Source of the DNA: Utricularia gibba
Lineage: Eukaryota > Plantae > Magnoliophyta
Length of the DNA stretch: 52,253 nucleotides
Direction: 5' to 3'
Assembly (NCBI GenBank): GCA_002189035.1
Contig: NEEC01000206.1
Location: 1 to 52,253, forward strand
The notes under the pieces are model-generated. The model had not been told where the DNA came from. It searched no databases and was given only the letters and a program-made list of their open reading frames with translations. The position numbers and the translations under genes were made by a program. Within the stretch, counting starts at the first letter, position 1, and each line of letters opens with the position of its first letter. Positions 1 through 11,939 of the stretch are shown here, piece by piece.

Positions 1-340
1 AAGATATCGACAAAATACGGAATGGTGCACGAGGCCTGCATCAGGTGTGGGTTGGAACACAACCGTGGCATTGTAAGGGTCGCCTCAAAACAAAATTTCA
101 CACCTTCCAATGAAATCCATATGTCTTGAAAGCGAGAAATCCATTCGCGTCGAATCGGAAGTCCGAGGTCGCATCATCGCGAACGTCGTGGCCACTTTGT
201 GGCACAATTGAAGGGTAATATAAGGCAATAATTCGAGCTCTGATACATCGTCGGACGACGAAGCTTCAAAAACGGAAGATGACTGCCTGAAATGAGCTTC
301 GAAACGGTGTGTCGTGCGAACGTGGCTCATCACGGTTTTC
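1..340 (+). repeat. Reference monomer (first complete unit, type E-like)
   Basis: The next unit starts at 341 with AAGATATCGA. Hand count: 88 G, 75 C (48% GC), 28 CpG. Contains EcoRV, ApaLI, StuI, NdeI, NruI, MscI, MfeI, SacI, HindIII and BstBI hexamers. Confidence 0.95.
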
Positions 341-2052
341 AAGATATCGATAAAATACGGAATGGTGAACAAGGCCTGCATCAGGTGTGGGTTGGAACAC
401 ACCGTGGCATTGTAAGGGATCGCCTCTAAAACGAAAATTTCACACCTTCCAATGAAATGCATATGTTTTGAAAGCGAGAAATCCATTTGCGTCGAATCGG
501 AAGTCCGAGTCGCATCATCGCGAACGTCGTGGCCACTTTGTGGCACAATTGAAGGCTAATATAAGGCAATAATTCGAGCTCTGATACATCGTCGAACGAC
601 AAGCTTCAAAAACGGAAGATGACCGCCTCGGAATGAGCTTCGAAACGGTGTGTCTGCGCAACGGGCTCATCACGGTTTTAAGATATCGACAAAATACGGA
701 ATGGTGCACGAGGCCTTCATCAGGTGTGGGTTGGAACACACCCGTGGCATTGTAAGGATCGCCTCAAAAACGAAAATTTCACACCTTCCAATGAAATCCA
801 TATGTTTGAAAGCGAGAAATCCCATTCGCGTCGAATCGGAAGTCCGAGGTCGCATCATCGCGAACGTCGTGGCCACTTTGTGGCACAATTGAAGGGTAAT
901 ATAAGGCAATAATTCGAGCTCTGATACATTGTCGGACGACGAAGCTTCCAAAACGGAAGATGACCGCCCTAGGAATGAGCTTCGAAACGGTGTGTCGTGC
1001 GAACGTGGCTCATCACGGTTTTCAAGATATCGATAAAATACGGAATGGTGCACGAGGCCTGCATCAGGTGTGGGTTGGAACACAACCGTGGCATTGTAAG
1101 GGATCGCCTCTAAAACAAAAATTTCACACCTTCCAATGAAATGCATGTGTTTTGCAAGCGAGAAATCACATTTGCGTCGAATTGGAAGCCCCGAGTCGCA
1201 TCATCGCGACGTCGTGGCCACTTTGTGGCACAATTGAAGGCTAATATAAGGCAATAATTCGATCTCTGATATATCGTCGGACGACGAAGCTTCAAAAACG
1301 GAAGATGACCGCTCTGGAATGAGCTTCGAAACGGTGTGTCGTGTGCAACGTGGCTCATCACGGTTTCAAGATATCGAGAAAATACGGAATGGTGCACGAG
1401 GCCTGCATCAGGTGTGGGTTGGAACACAACCGTGGCATTGTAAGGGATCGCCTCTAAACAAAAATTTCATACCTTCCAATGAAATGCATATGTTTTGAAA
1501 GCGAGAAATCCATTCGCGTCGAATCGGAAGTCCGAGGTCGCATCATCGCGAACGTCGTGGCCACTTTGTGGCACAATTGAAGGGTAATATAAGGCAATAA
1601 TTCGAGCTCTGATACATCGTCGACGACGAAGCTTCAAAAACGGAAGATGACCGCTCTGGAATGAGCTTCGAAACGGTGTGTCGTGTGCAACAAGGCTCAT
1701 CACGGTTTTCAAGATATTTACAAAATACGGAATGGTGCACGAGGCCTGCATCAGGTGTGGGTTGGAACACACCCGTGGCATTGTAAGGGATCGCCTCAAA
1801 AACAAAATTTCACACCTTCCAATGAAATGCATATGTTTTGAAGCGAGAAATCACATTTGCGTCGAATCGGAAGCCCGAGTCGCATCATCGCGAACGTCGT
1901 GGCCACTTTGTGGCACAATTGAAGGGTAATATAAGGCAATAATTCGAGCTCTGATATATTGTCGGACGACGAAGCTTCAAAAACGGAAGATGACCGCCCT
2001 GGAATGAGCTTCGAAACGGTGTGTCGTGCGCAACGTGGCTCATCACGGTTTC

Positions 2053-4091
2053 AAGATATCGATAAAATACGGAATGGTGCACGAGGCCTGCATCAGGTGT
2101 GGGTTGGAACACACCGTGCATTGTAAGGGATCGCCTCAAAACAAAATTTCACACCTTCCAATGAAATGCATATGTTTTGCAAGCGAGAAATCATTCGCGT
2201 CGAATCGGAAGTCCGAGTCGCATCATCGCGAACGTCGTGGCCACTTTGTGGCACAATTGAAGGCTAATATAAGGCAATAATTCGAGCTCTGATACATCGT
2301 CGAACGACAAAGCTTCAAAACGGAAGATGACCCTCGGAATGAGCTTCGAAACGGTGTGTCGTGCGCAACGTGGCTCATCACGGTTTTAAGATATCGACAA
2401 AAATACGGAATGGTGCACGAGGCCTTCATCAGGTGTGGGTTGGAACACACCCGTGGCATTGTAAGGGATCGCCTCAAAAAACGAAAATTTCACACCTTCC
2501 AATGAAATCCATATGTCTTGAAAGCGAGAAATCCCATTTGCGTCGAATCGGAAGTCCGAGGTCGCATCATCGCGAACGTCGTGGCCACTTTGTGGCACAA
2601 TTGAAGGGTAATATAAGGCAATAATTCGAGCTCTGATACATCGTCGGACGACGAAGCTTCAAAACGGAAGATGACCGCCTGGAATGAGCTTCGAAACGGT
2701 GTGTCGTGTGAACGTGGCTCATCACGGTTTTCAAGATATCGATAAATACGGAATGGTGCACGAGGCCTGCATCAGGTGTGGGTTGGAACACACCGTGGCA
2801 TTGTAAGGGATCGCCTCTAAAACAAAAATTTCACACCTTCCAATGAAATCCATATGTTTTGAAAGCGAGAAATCCCATTCGCGTCGAATCGGAAGTCCCA
2901 GTCGCATCATCGCGAACGTCGTGGCCACTTTGTGGCACAATTGAAGGCTAATATAAGGCAATAATTCGAGCTCTGATACATCGTCGAACGACAAAGCTTC
3001 AAAAACGGAAGATGACCGCCTCGGAATGAGCTTCGAAACGGTGTGTCGTGCGCAACGCGGCTCATCGGTTTTAAGATATCGACAAAATACGGAATGGTGC
3101 ACGAGGCCTTCATCAGGTGTGGGTTGGAACACACCCGTGGCATTGTAAGGATCGCCTCAAAAACGAAAATTTCACACCTTCCAATGAAATCCATATGTCT
3201 TGAAAGCGAGAAATCCATTCGCGTCGAATCGGAAGTCCGAGGTCGCATCATCGCGAACGTCGTGGCCACTTTGTGGCACAATTGAAGGGTAATATAAGGC
3301 AATAATTCGAGCTCTGATACATCGTCGGACGACGAAGCTTCCAAAACGGAAGATGACCGCCCTAGAATGAGCTTCGAAACGGTGTGTCGTGCGAACGTGG
3401 CTCATCACGGTTTTCAAGATATCGATAAAAATACGGAATGGTGCACGAGGCCTGCATCAGGTGTGGGTTGGAACACACGTGGCATTGTAAGGGATCGCCT
3501 CTAAAACGAAAATTTCACACCTTCCAATGAAATGCATATGTTTTGAAAGCGAGAAATCACATTCGCGTCGAATCGGAAGTCCCAGTCGCATCATCGCGAA
3601 CGTCGTGGCCACTTTGTGGCACAATTGAAGGCTAATATAAGGCAATAATTCGAGCTCTGATACATCGTCGAACGACAAAGCTTCAAAACGGAAGATGACC
3701 GCCTCGGAATGAGCTTCGAAACGGTGTGTCGTGCGCAACGGGCTCATCACGGTTTTCAAGATATCGACAAAATACGGAATGGTGCACGAGGCCTTCATCA
3801 GGTGTGGGTTGGAACACACCCGTGGCATTGTAAGGATCGCCTCAAAACGAAAATTTCACACCTTCCAATGAAATCCATATGTTTGAAGCGAGAAATATTC
3901 GCGTCGAATCGGAAGTCCGAGGTCGCATCATCGCGAACGTCGTGGCCACTTTGTGGCACAATTGAAGGGTAATATAAGGCAATATTCGAGCTCTGATACA
4001 TTCGGACGACGAAGCTTCCAAAACGGAAGATGACCGCCTGGAATGAGCTTCGAAACGGTGTGTCGTGCGAACGTGGCTCATCACGGTTTTC
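2053..4091 (+). repeat. Local dimer run D-E-D-E-D-E (~680-bp period)
   Basis: D units start AAGATATCGAT and carry GGCCTGCA, GAAGGCTAAT and GTCGAACGACAA. They alternate with E units that start AAGATATCGAC and carry GGCCTTCA, ACACCCGTGG, AATCCATATG, GTCCGAGGTC, GAAGGGTAAT and GTCGGACGACGA. The pattern holds over six monomers. Confidence 0.8.
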
Positions 4092-5125
4092 AAGATATCG
4101 ATAAAATACGGAATGGTGCACGAGGCCTGCATCAGGTGTGGGTTGGAACACAACCGTGGCATTGTAAGGGATCGCCTCTAAAACGAAAATTTCACACCTT
4201 CCAATGAAATGCATATGTTTTTGCAAGCGAGAAATCACATTTGCGTCGAATTGGAAGCCCCGAGTCGCATCATCGCGACGTCGTGGCCACTTTGTGGCAC
4301 AATTGAAGGCTAATATAAGGCAATAATTCGATCTCTGATAAATCGTCGGACGACGAAGCTTCAAAAACGGAAGATGACCGCCTGGAATGAGCTTCGAAAC
4401 GGTGTGTCGTGTGCAACAAGGCTCATCACGGTTTCAAGATATCGAGAAAATACGGAATGGTGCACGAGGCCTGCATCAGGTGTGGGTTGGAACACAACCG
4501 TGGCATTGTAAGGGTTCGCCTCTTAAAACAAAAATTTCATACCTTCCAATGAAATGCATATGTTTTGAAAGCGAGAAAACCAATTCGCGTCGAATCGGAA
4601 GTCCGAGGTCGCATCATCGCGAACGTCGTGGCCACTTTTGGCACAATTGAAGGGTAATATAAGGCAATAATTCGAGCTCTGATACATCGTCGGACGACGA
4701 AGCTTCAAAAACGGAAGATGACCGCTCTGGAATGAGCTTCGAAACGGTGTGTCGTGTGCAACAAGGCTCATCACGGTTTTCAAGATATTTACAAAATACG
4801 GAATGGTGCACGAGGCCTGCATCAGGTGTGGGTTGGAACACAACCGTGGCATTGTAAGGGTTCGCCTCTTAAACAAAATTTCATACTTCCAATGAAATCC
4901 ATATGTCTTGAATGCGAGAAAACCCATTCGCGTCGAATCGGAAGTCCGAGGTCGCATCATCGCGAACGTCGTGGCCACTTTGTGGCACAATTGAAGGCTA
5001 ATATAAGGCAATAATTCGAGCTCTGATATATTGTCGAACGACAAAAGCTTCAAAACGGAAGATGACCGCCTCGGAATGAGCTTCGAAACGGTGTGTCGTG
5101 TGCAACAAGGCTCATCACGGTTTTC
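3416..5125 (+). repeat. One complete D-E-B-F-C five-monomer cycle (~1.71 kb)
   Basis: Consecutive monomers carry the D, E, B (CACATTTGCGTCGAATTGGAAGCCCC, TCGATCTCTG), F (GGGTTCGCCTCTT, CATACC, CCAATTCG) and C (GATATTTAC, GTCTTGAATGCG, AAACCC) diagnostic sets. Confidence 0.65.
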
Positions 5126-8100
5126 AAGATATTACAAAATACGGAATGGTGCACGAGGCCTGCATCAGGTGTGGGTTGGAACACACCGTGGCATTGTAAG
5201 GGTTCGCCTCTAAAACAAAATTTCATACCTTCCAATGAAATGCATATGTTTGAAAGCGAGAAATCCATTCGCGTCGAATCGGAAGTCCGAGGTCGCATCA
5301 TCGCGAACGTCGTGGCCACTTTGTGGCACAATTGAAGGGTAATATAAGGCAATAATTCGAGCTCTGATACATCGTCGAACGACAAGCTTCAAAACGGAAG
5401 ATGACCCTCGGAATGAGCTTCGAAACGGTGTGTCGTGCGCAACGTGGCTCATCACGGTTTCAAGATATCGACAAAATACGGAATGGTGCACGAGGCCTTC
5501 ATCAGGTGTGGGTTGGAACACAACCGTGCATTGTAAGGGATCGCCTCAAAAACAAAAATTTCACACCTTCCAATGAAATGCATATCTTTTTGCAAGCGAG
5601 AAATCACATTTGCGTCGAATTGGAAGCCCGAGTCGCATCATCGCGAACGTCGTGGCCACTTTGTGGCACAATTGAAGGCTAATATAAGGCAATAATTCGA
5701 TCTCTGATACATCGTCGGACGACGAAGCTTCAAAAACGGAAGATGACCGCCAATGAGCTTCGAAACGGTGTGTCGTGTGCAACAAGGCTCATCACGGTTT
5801 TCAAGATATTTACAAATACGGAATGGTGCACGAGGCCTGCATCAGGTGTGGGTTGGAACACACCGTGGCATTGTAAGGGATCGCGCTAAAAACGAAAATT
5901 TCACACCTTCCAATGAAATGCATATGTTTTTGCAAGCGAGAAATCACATTTGCGTCGAATCGGAAGCCCGAGTCGCATCATCGCGAACGTCGTGGCCACT
6001 TTGTGGCACAATTGAAGGGTAATATAAGGCAATATTCGAGCTCTGATATATTGTCGAACGACGAAGCTTCAAAAACGGAAGATGACCGCCTGGAATGAGC
6101 TTCGAAACGGTGTGTCGTGCGCAACGTGGCTCATCACGGTTTTCAAGATATCGAGAAAAATACGGAATGGTGCACGAGGCCTTCATCAGGTGTGGGTTGG
6201 AACACAACCGTGGCATTGTAAGGGATCGCCTCAAAAAAAAATTTCACACCTTCCAATGAAATGCATGTGTTTTGCAAGCGAGAAATCACATTTGCGTCGA
6301 ATTGGGAAGCCCCGAGTCGCATCATCGCGACGTCGTGGCCACTTTGTGGCACAATTGAAGGGTAATATAAGGAAATTATTCGAGCTCTGATATATTGTCG
6401 GACGACGAAGCTTCAAAACGGAAGATGACCGCCTGGAATGAGCTTCGAAACGGTGTGTCGTGCGCAACGTGGCTCATCACGGTTTCAAGATATCGACAAA
6501 ATACGGAATGGTGCACGAGGCCTGCATCAGGTGTGGGTTGGAACACAACCGTGGCATTGTAAGGGTTCGCCTCTTAAACAAAAATTTCATACCTTCCAAT
6601 GAAATCCATATGTCTTGAAGCGAGAAATCCCATTCGCGTCGAATCGGAAGTCCGAGGTCGCATCATCGCGAACGTCGTGGCCACTTTGTGGCACAATTGA
6701 AGGCTAATATAAGGCAATAATTCGAGCTCTGATATATTGTCGAACGACAAAGCTTCAAACGGAAGATGACCGCCTCGGAATGAGCTTCGAAACGGTGTGT
6801 CGTGCGAAAACGTGGCTCATCACGGTTTTCAAGATATCGATAAAATACGGAATGGTGCACGAGGCCTGCATCAGGTGTGGGTTGGAACACACCCGTGGCA
6901 TTGTAAGGGATCGCCTCTAAACGAAAATTTCACACCTTCCAATGAAATCCATATGTCTTTGAAAGCGAGAAATCCCATTCGCGTCGAATCGGAAGTCCAG
7001 GTCGCATCATCGCGAACGTCGTGGCCACTTTGTGGCACAATTGAAGGCTAATATAAGGCAATAATTCGAGCTCTGATACATTGTCGGACGACGAAGCTTC
7101 AAACGGAAGATGACTGCCCTGGAATGAGCTTCGAAACGGTGTGTCGTGCGAAACGTGGCTCATCACGGTTTTCAAGATATCGACAAAATACGGAATGGTG
7201 CACGAGGCCTGCATCAGGTGTGGGTTGGAACACAACCGTGGCATTGTAAGGGATCGCCTCTAAAACGAAAATTTCACACCTTCCAATGAAATGCATATGT
7301 TTTGCAAGCGAGAAATCACATTTGCGTCGAATTGGAAGCCCCGAGTCGCATCATCGCGAACGTCGTGGCCACTTTGTGGCACAATTGAAGGGTAATATAA
7401 GGCACTCTGATATATTGTCGGACGACGAAGCTTCAAAAAACGGAAGATGACCGCCCTGGAATGAGCTTCGAAACGGTGTGTCGTGCGCAACGTGGCTCAT
7501 CACGGTTTCAAGATATCGAGAAAATACGGAATGGTGCACGAGGCCTCATCAGGTGTGGGTTGGAACACACCGTGGCATTGTAAGGGATCGCCAAAAACGA
7601 AAATTTCACACCTTCCAATGAAATCCATATGTTTGAAGCGAGAAATCCCATTCGCGTCGAATCGGAAGTCCGAGGTCGCATCATCGCGAACGTCGTGGCC
7701 ACTTTGTGGCACAATTGAAGGCTAATATAAGGCAATAATTCGAGCTCTGATACATCGTCGGACGACGAAGCTTCAAACGGAAGATGACCGCCTGGAATGA
7801 GCTTCGAAACGTGTGTCGTGCGCAAACGTGGCTCATCACGGTTTTCAAGATATCGAAAATACGGAATGGTGCACGAGGCCTGCATCAGGTGTGGGTTGGA
7901 ACACAACGTGCATTGTAAGGGATCGCCTCAAACAAAAATTTCACACCTTCCAATGAAATGCATATGTTTGCAAGCGAGAAATCCATTCGCGTCGAATCGG
8001 AAGTCCCGAGTCGCATCATCGCGAACGTCGTGGCCACTTTGTGGCACAATTGAAGGCTAATATAAGGCAATAATTCGAGCTCTGATACATCGTCGAACGA

Positions 8101-10229
8101 CAAAGCTTCAAAAACGGAAGATGACCGCCTCGGAATGAGCTTCGAAACGGTGTGTCATGCGCAACGGCTCATCACGGTTTAAGATATCGACAAAATACGG
8201 AATGGTGCACGAGGCCTTCAGGTGTGGGTTGGAACACACCCGTGGCATTGTAAGGATCGCCTCAAAACGAAAATTTCACACCTTCCAATGAAATCCATAT
8301 GTTTGAAGCGAGAAATCCATTCGCGTCGAATCGGAAGTCCGAGGTCGCATCATCGCGAACGTCGTGGCCACTTTGTGGCACAATTGAAGGGTAATATAAG
8401 GCAATAATTCGAGCTCTGATACATCGTCGGACGACGAAGCTTCCAAAACGGAAGATGACTGCCTGAATGAGCTTCGAAACGGTGTGTCGTGCGAACGTGG
8501 CTCATCACGGTTTTCAAGATATCGACAAAATACGGAATGGTGCACGAGGCCTGCATCAGGTGTGGGTTGGAACACAACGTGCCATTGTAAGGGATCGCCT
8601 CAAAAACAAAATTTCACACCTTCCAATGAAATGCATATGTTTTGCAAGCGAGAAATCACATTCGCGTCGAATCGGAAGTCCGAGTCGCATCATCGCGAAC
8701 GTCGTGGCCACTTTGTGGCACAATTGAAGGCTAATATAAGGCAATAATTCGAGCTCTGATACATCGTCGGACGACGAAGCTTCAAAACGGAAGATGACCG
8801 CCCGGAATGAGCTTCGAAACGGTGTGTCGTGCGCAACGCGGCTCATCACGGTTTTCAAGATATCGACAAAATACGGAATGGTGCACGAGGCCTTCATCAG
8901 GTGTGGGTTGGAACACAACCGTGCATTGTAAGGGATCGCCTCAAAAACAAAAATTTCACACCTTCCAATGAAATGCATATGTTTTGCAAGCGAGAAATCA
9001 CATTCGCGTCGAATCGGAAGCCCCGAGTCGCATCATCGCGAACGTCGTGGCCACTTTGTGGCACAATTGAAGGGTAATATAAGGCAATAATTCGAGCTCT
9101 GATACATCGTCGGACGACGAAGCTTCAAAAACGGAAGATGACCGCTCTGGAATGAGCTTCGAAACGGTGTGTCGTGTGCAACGGCTCATCACGGTTTTCA
9201 AGATATTTACAAAATACGGAATGGTGCACGAGGCCTTCATCAGGTGTGGGTTGGAACACACCCGTGGCATTGTAAGGATCGCCTCAAAACGAAAATTTCA
9301 CACCTTCCAATGAAATGCATGTGTTTTGAAGCGAGAAATCACATTTGCGTCGAATTGGAAGCCCGAGTCGCATCATCGCGAACGTCGTGGCCACTTTGTG
9401 GCACAATTGAAGGGTAATATAAGGAAATATTCGAGCTCTGATATATTGTCGAACGACGAAGCTTCAAAAACGGAAGATGACCGCCCTGGAATGAGCTTCG
9501 AAACGGTGTGTCGTGCGCAACGTGGCTCATCACGGTTTCAAGATATCGAGAAAATACGGAATGGTGCACGAGGCCTTCATCAGGTGTGGGTTGGAACACA
9601 ACCGTGGCATTGTAAGGGATCGCCTCAAAAACGAAAATTTCACACCTTCCAATGAAATGCATGTGTTTTGCAAGCGAGAAATCACATTTGCGTCGAATTG
9701 GAAGCCCCGAGTCGCATCATCGCGAACGTCGTGGCCACTTTGTGGCACAATTGAAGGGTAATATAAGGCAATAATTCGAGCTCTGATATATTGTCGGACG
9801 ACGAAGCTTCAAAAACGGAAGATGACCGCCCTGGAATGAGCTTCGAAACGGTGTGTCGTGCGCAACGTGGCTCATCACGGTTTCAAGATATCGAGAAAAT
9901 ACGGAATGGTGCACGAGGCCTGCATCAGGTGTGGGTTGGAACACAACCGTGGCATTGTAAGGGATCGCCTCAAAAACGAAAAATTTCACACCTTCCAATG
10001 AAATGCATATGTTTTGAAAGCGAGAAATCCATTCGCGTCGAATCGGAAGTCCGAGGTCGCATCATCGCGAACGTCGTGGCCACTTTTGGCACAATTGAAG
10101 GGTAATATAAGGCAATAATTCGAGCTCTGATACATCGTCGGACGACGAAGCTTCAAAAACGGAAGATGACCGCCCTGGAATGAGCTTCGAAACGGTGTGT
10201 CGTGTGCAACGTGGCTCATCACGGTTTTC

Positions 10230-11939
10230 AAGATATCGATAAAATACGGAATGGTGCACGAGGCCTTCATCAGGTGTGGGTTGGAACACAACCGTGGCAT
10301 TGTAAGGGTTCGCCTCTTAAAAAAAATTTCACACCTTCCAATGAAATCCATATGTTTGAAGCGAGAAAACCATTCGCGTCGAATCGGAAGTCCGAGGTCG
10401 CATCATCGCGAACGTCGTGGCCACTTTGTGGCACAATTGAAGGCTAATATAAGGCAATAATTCGAGCTCTGATATATTGTCGAACGACAAAGCTTCAAAA
10501 CGGAAGATGACCGCCTCGGAATGAGCTTCGAAACGGTGTGTCGTGCGAAACGTGGCTCATCACGGTTTTCAAGATATCGATAAAATACGGAATGGTGCAC
10601 GAGGCCTGCATCAGGTGTGGGTTGGAACACACCGTGCATTGTAAGGGATCGCCTCAAAAACAAAAATTTCACACCTTCCAATGAAATGCATATGTTTTGC
10701 AAGCGAGAAATCCATTCGCGTCGAATCGGAAGTCCGAGTCGCATCATCGCGAACGTCGTGGCCACTTTGTGGCACAATTGAAGGCTAATATAAGGCAATA
10801 ATTCGAGCTCTGATACATTGTCGACGACAAAGCTTCAAAACGGAAGATGACCGCCTCGGAATGAGCTTCGAAACGGTGTGTCATGCGCAACGCGGCTCAT
10901 CACGGTTTTAAGATATCGACAAAATACGGAATGGTGCACGAGGCCTTCATCAGGTGTGGGTTGGAACACACCCGTGGCATTGTAAGGATCGCCTCAAAAA
11001 CGAAAATTTCACACCTTCCAATGAAATCCATATGTCTTGAAAGCGAGAAATCCATTCGCGTCGAATCGGAAGTCCGAGGTCGCATCATCGCGAACGTCGT
11101 GGCCACTTTGTGGCACAATTGAAGGGTAATATAAGGCAATAATTCGAGCTCTGATACATCGTCGGACGACGAAGCTTCCAAAACGGAAGATGACCGCCCT
11201 GGAATGAGCTTCGAAACGGTGTGTCGTGCGCAACGTGGCTCATCACGGTTTCAAGATATCGAAAAATACGGAATGGTGCACGAGGCCTTCATCAGGTGTG
11301 GGTTGGAACACAACCGTGCCATTGTAAGGGATCGCCTCAAAAACAAAAATTTCACACCTTCCAATGAAATGCATATCTTTTGCAAGCGAGAAATCACATT
11401 TGCGTCGAATTGGAAGCCCCGAGTCGCATCATCGCGACGTCGTGGCCACTTTGTGGCACAATTGAAGGCTAATATAAGGCAATAATTCGATCTCTGATAC
11501 ATCGTCGGACGACGAAGCTTCAAAAACGGAAGATGACCGCTCTGGAATGAGCTTCGAAACGGTGTGTCGTGCGCAACAAGGCTCATCACGGTTTTCAAGA
11601 TATCGAAAAATACGGAATGGTGCACGAGGCCTGCATCAGGTGTGGGTTGGAACACAACCGTGGCATTGTAAGGGTTCGCCTCTTAAACAAAAATTTCATA
11701 CCTTCCAATGAAATGCATATGTTTTGAAAGCGAGAAATCCAATTCGCGTCGAATCGGAAGTCCGAGGTCGCATCATCGCGAACGTCGTGGCCACTTTGTG
11801 GCACAATTGAAGGGTAATATAAGGCAATAATTCGAGCTCTGATACATCGTCGGACGACGAAGCTTAAAAAACGGAAGATGACCGCCTCGGAATGAGCTTC
11901 GAAACGGTGTGTCGTGCGCAACGGGCTCATCACGGTTTT
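10230..11939 (+). repeat. One complete C-D-E-B-F five-monomer cycle (~1.71 kb)
   Basis: Same cyclic order of types as 3416-5125, in a different phase. Confidence 0.65.

Noticed and set aside
44-110. Longer stem between AGGTGTG (44-50) and CACACCT (99-105), and between TTGGAA and TTCCAA
   Set aside because: The two complementary pairs are in crossed order and only 6-7 bp long, so they cannot form one continuous stem; within chance expectation.
144-160. CENP-B-box-like motif (TTCGCGTCGAATCGGA; also GTTGGAA at 51-57)
   Set aside because: The canonical box is TTCG-N4-A-N2-CGGG. Here the spacer is one base too long and the end is CGGA, and no match was found on the reverse strand.
132-176. Patchy resemblance to plant 5S rRNA (GCGAGA ... 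GGAAGTCC..GT.GCATC; also GCAC...CATCAG at 27-45)
   Set aside because: The matches are 6-8-bp islands with spacing incompatible with a 120-nt 5S gene, and no internal control region was recognised. An Infernal search with Rfam RF00001 would settle it; a significant hit would reopen a 5S-derived origin.
216-228. TATA-like TAATATAAGG in every monomer
   Set aside because: A short AT-rich motif with no downstream gene or other promoter evidence.
1-340. Assignment to known satellites of similar length (Triticeae Afa/pAs1 ~340 bp, New World monkey ~343-bp alpha satellite, cucurbit ~350-bp satellites)
   Set aside because: Only the length is similar. The unit has no GTAC (AfaI/RsaI) site, is too GC- and CpG-rich for alpha satellite, and I recognise no sequence identity. 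A database search is needed.
1-340. Monomer as a dimer of two ~170-bp subunits
   Set aside because: No visible similarity between positions 1-170 and 171-340.
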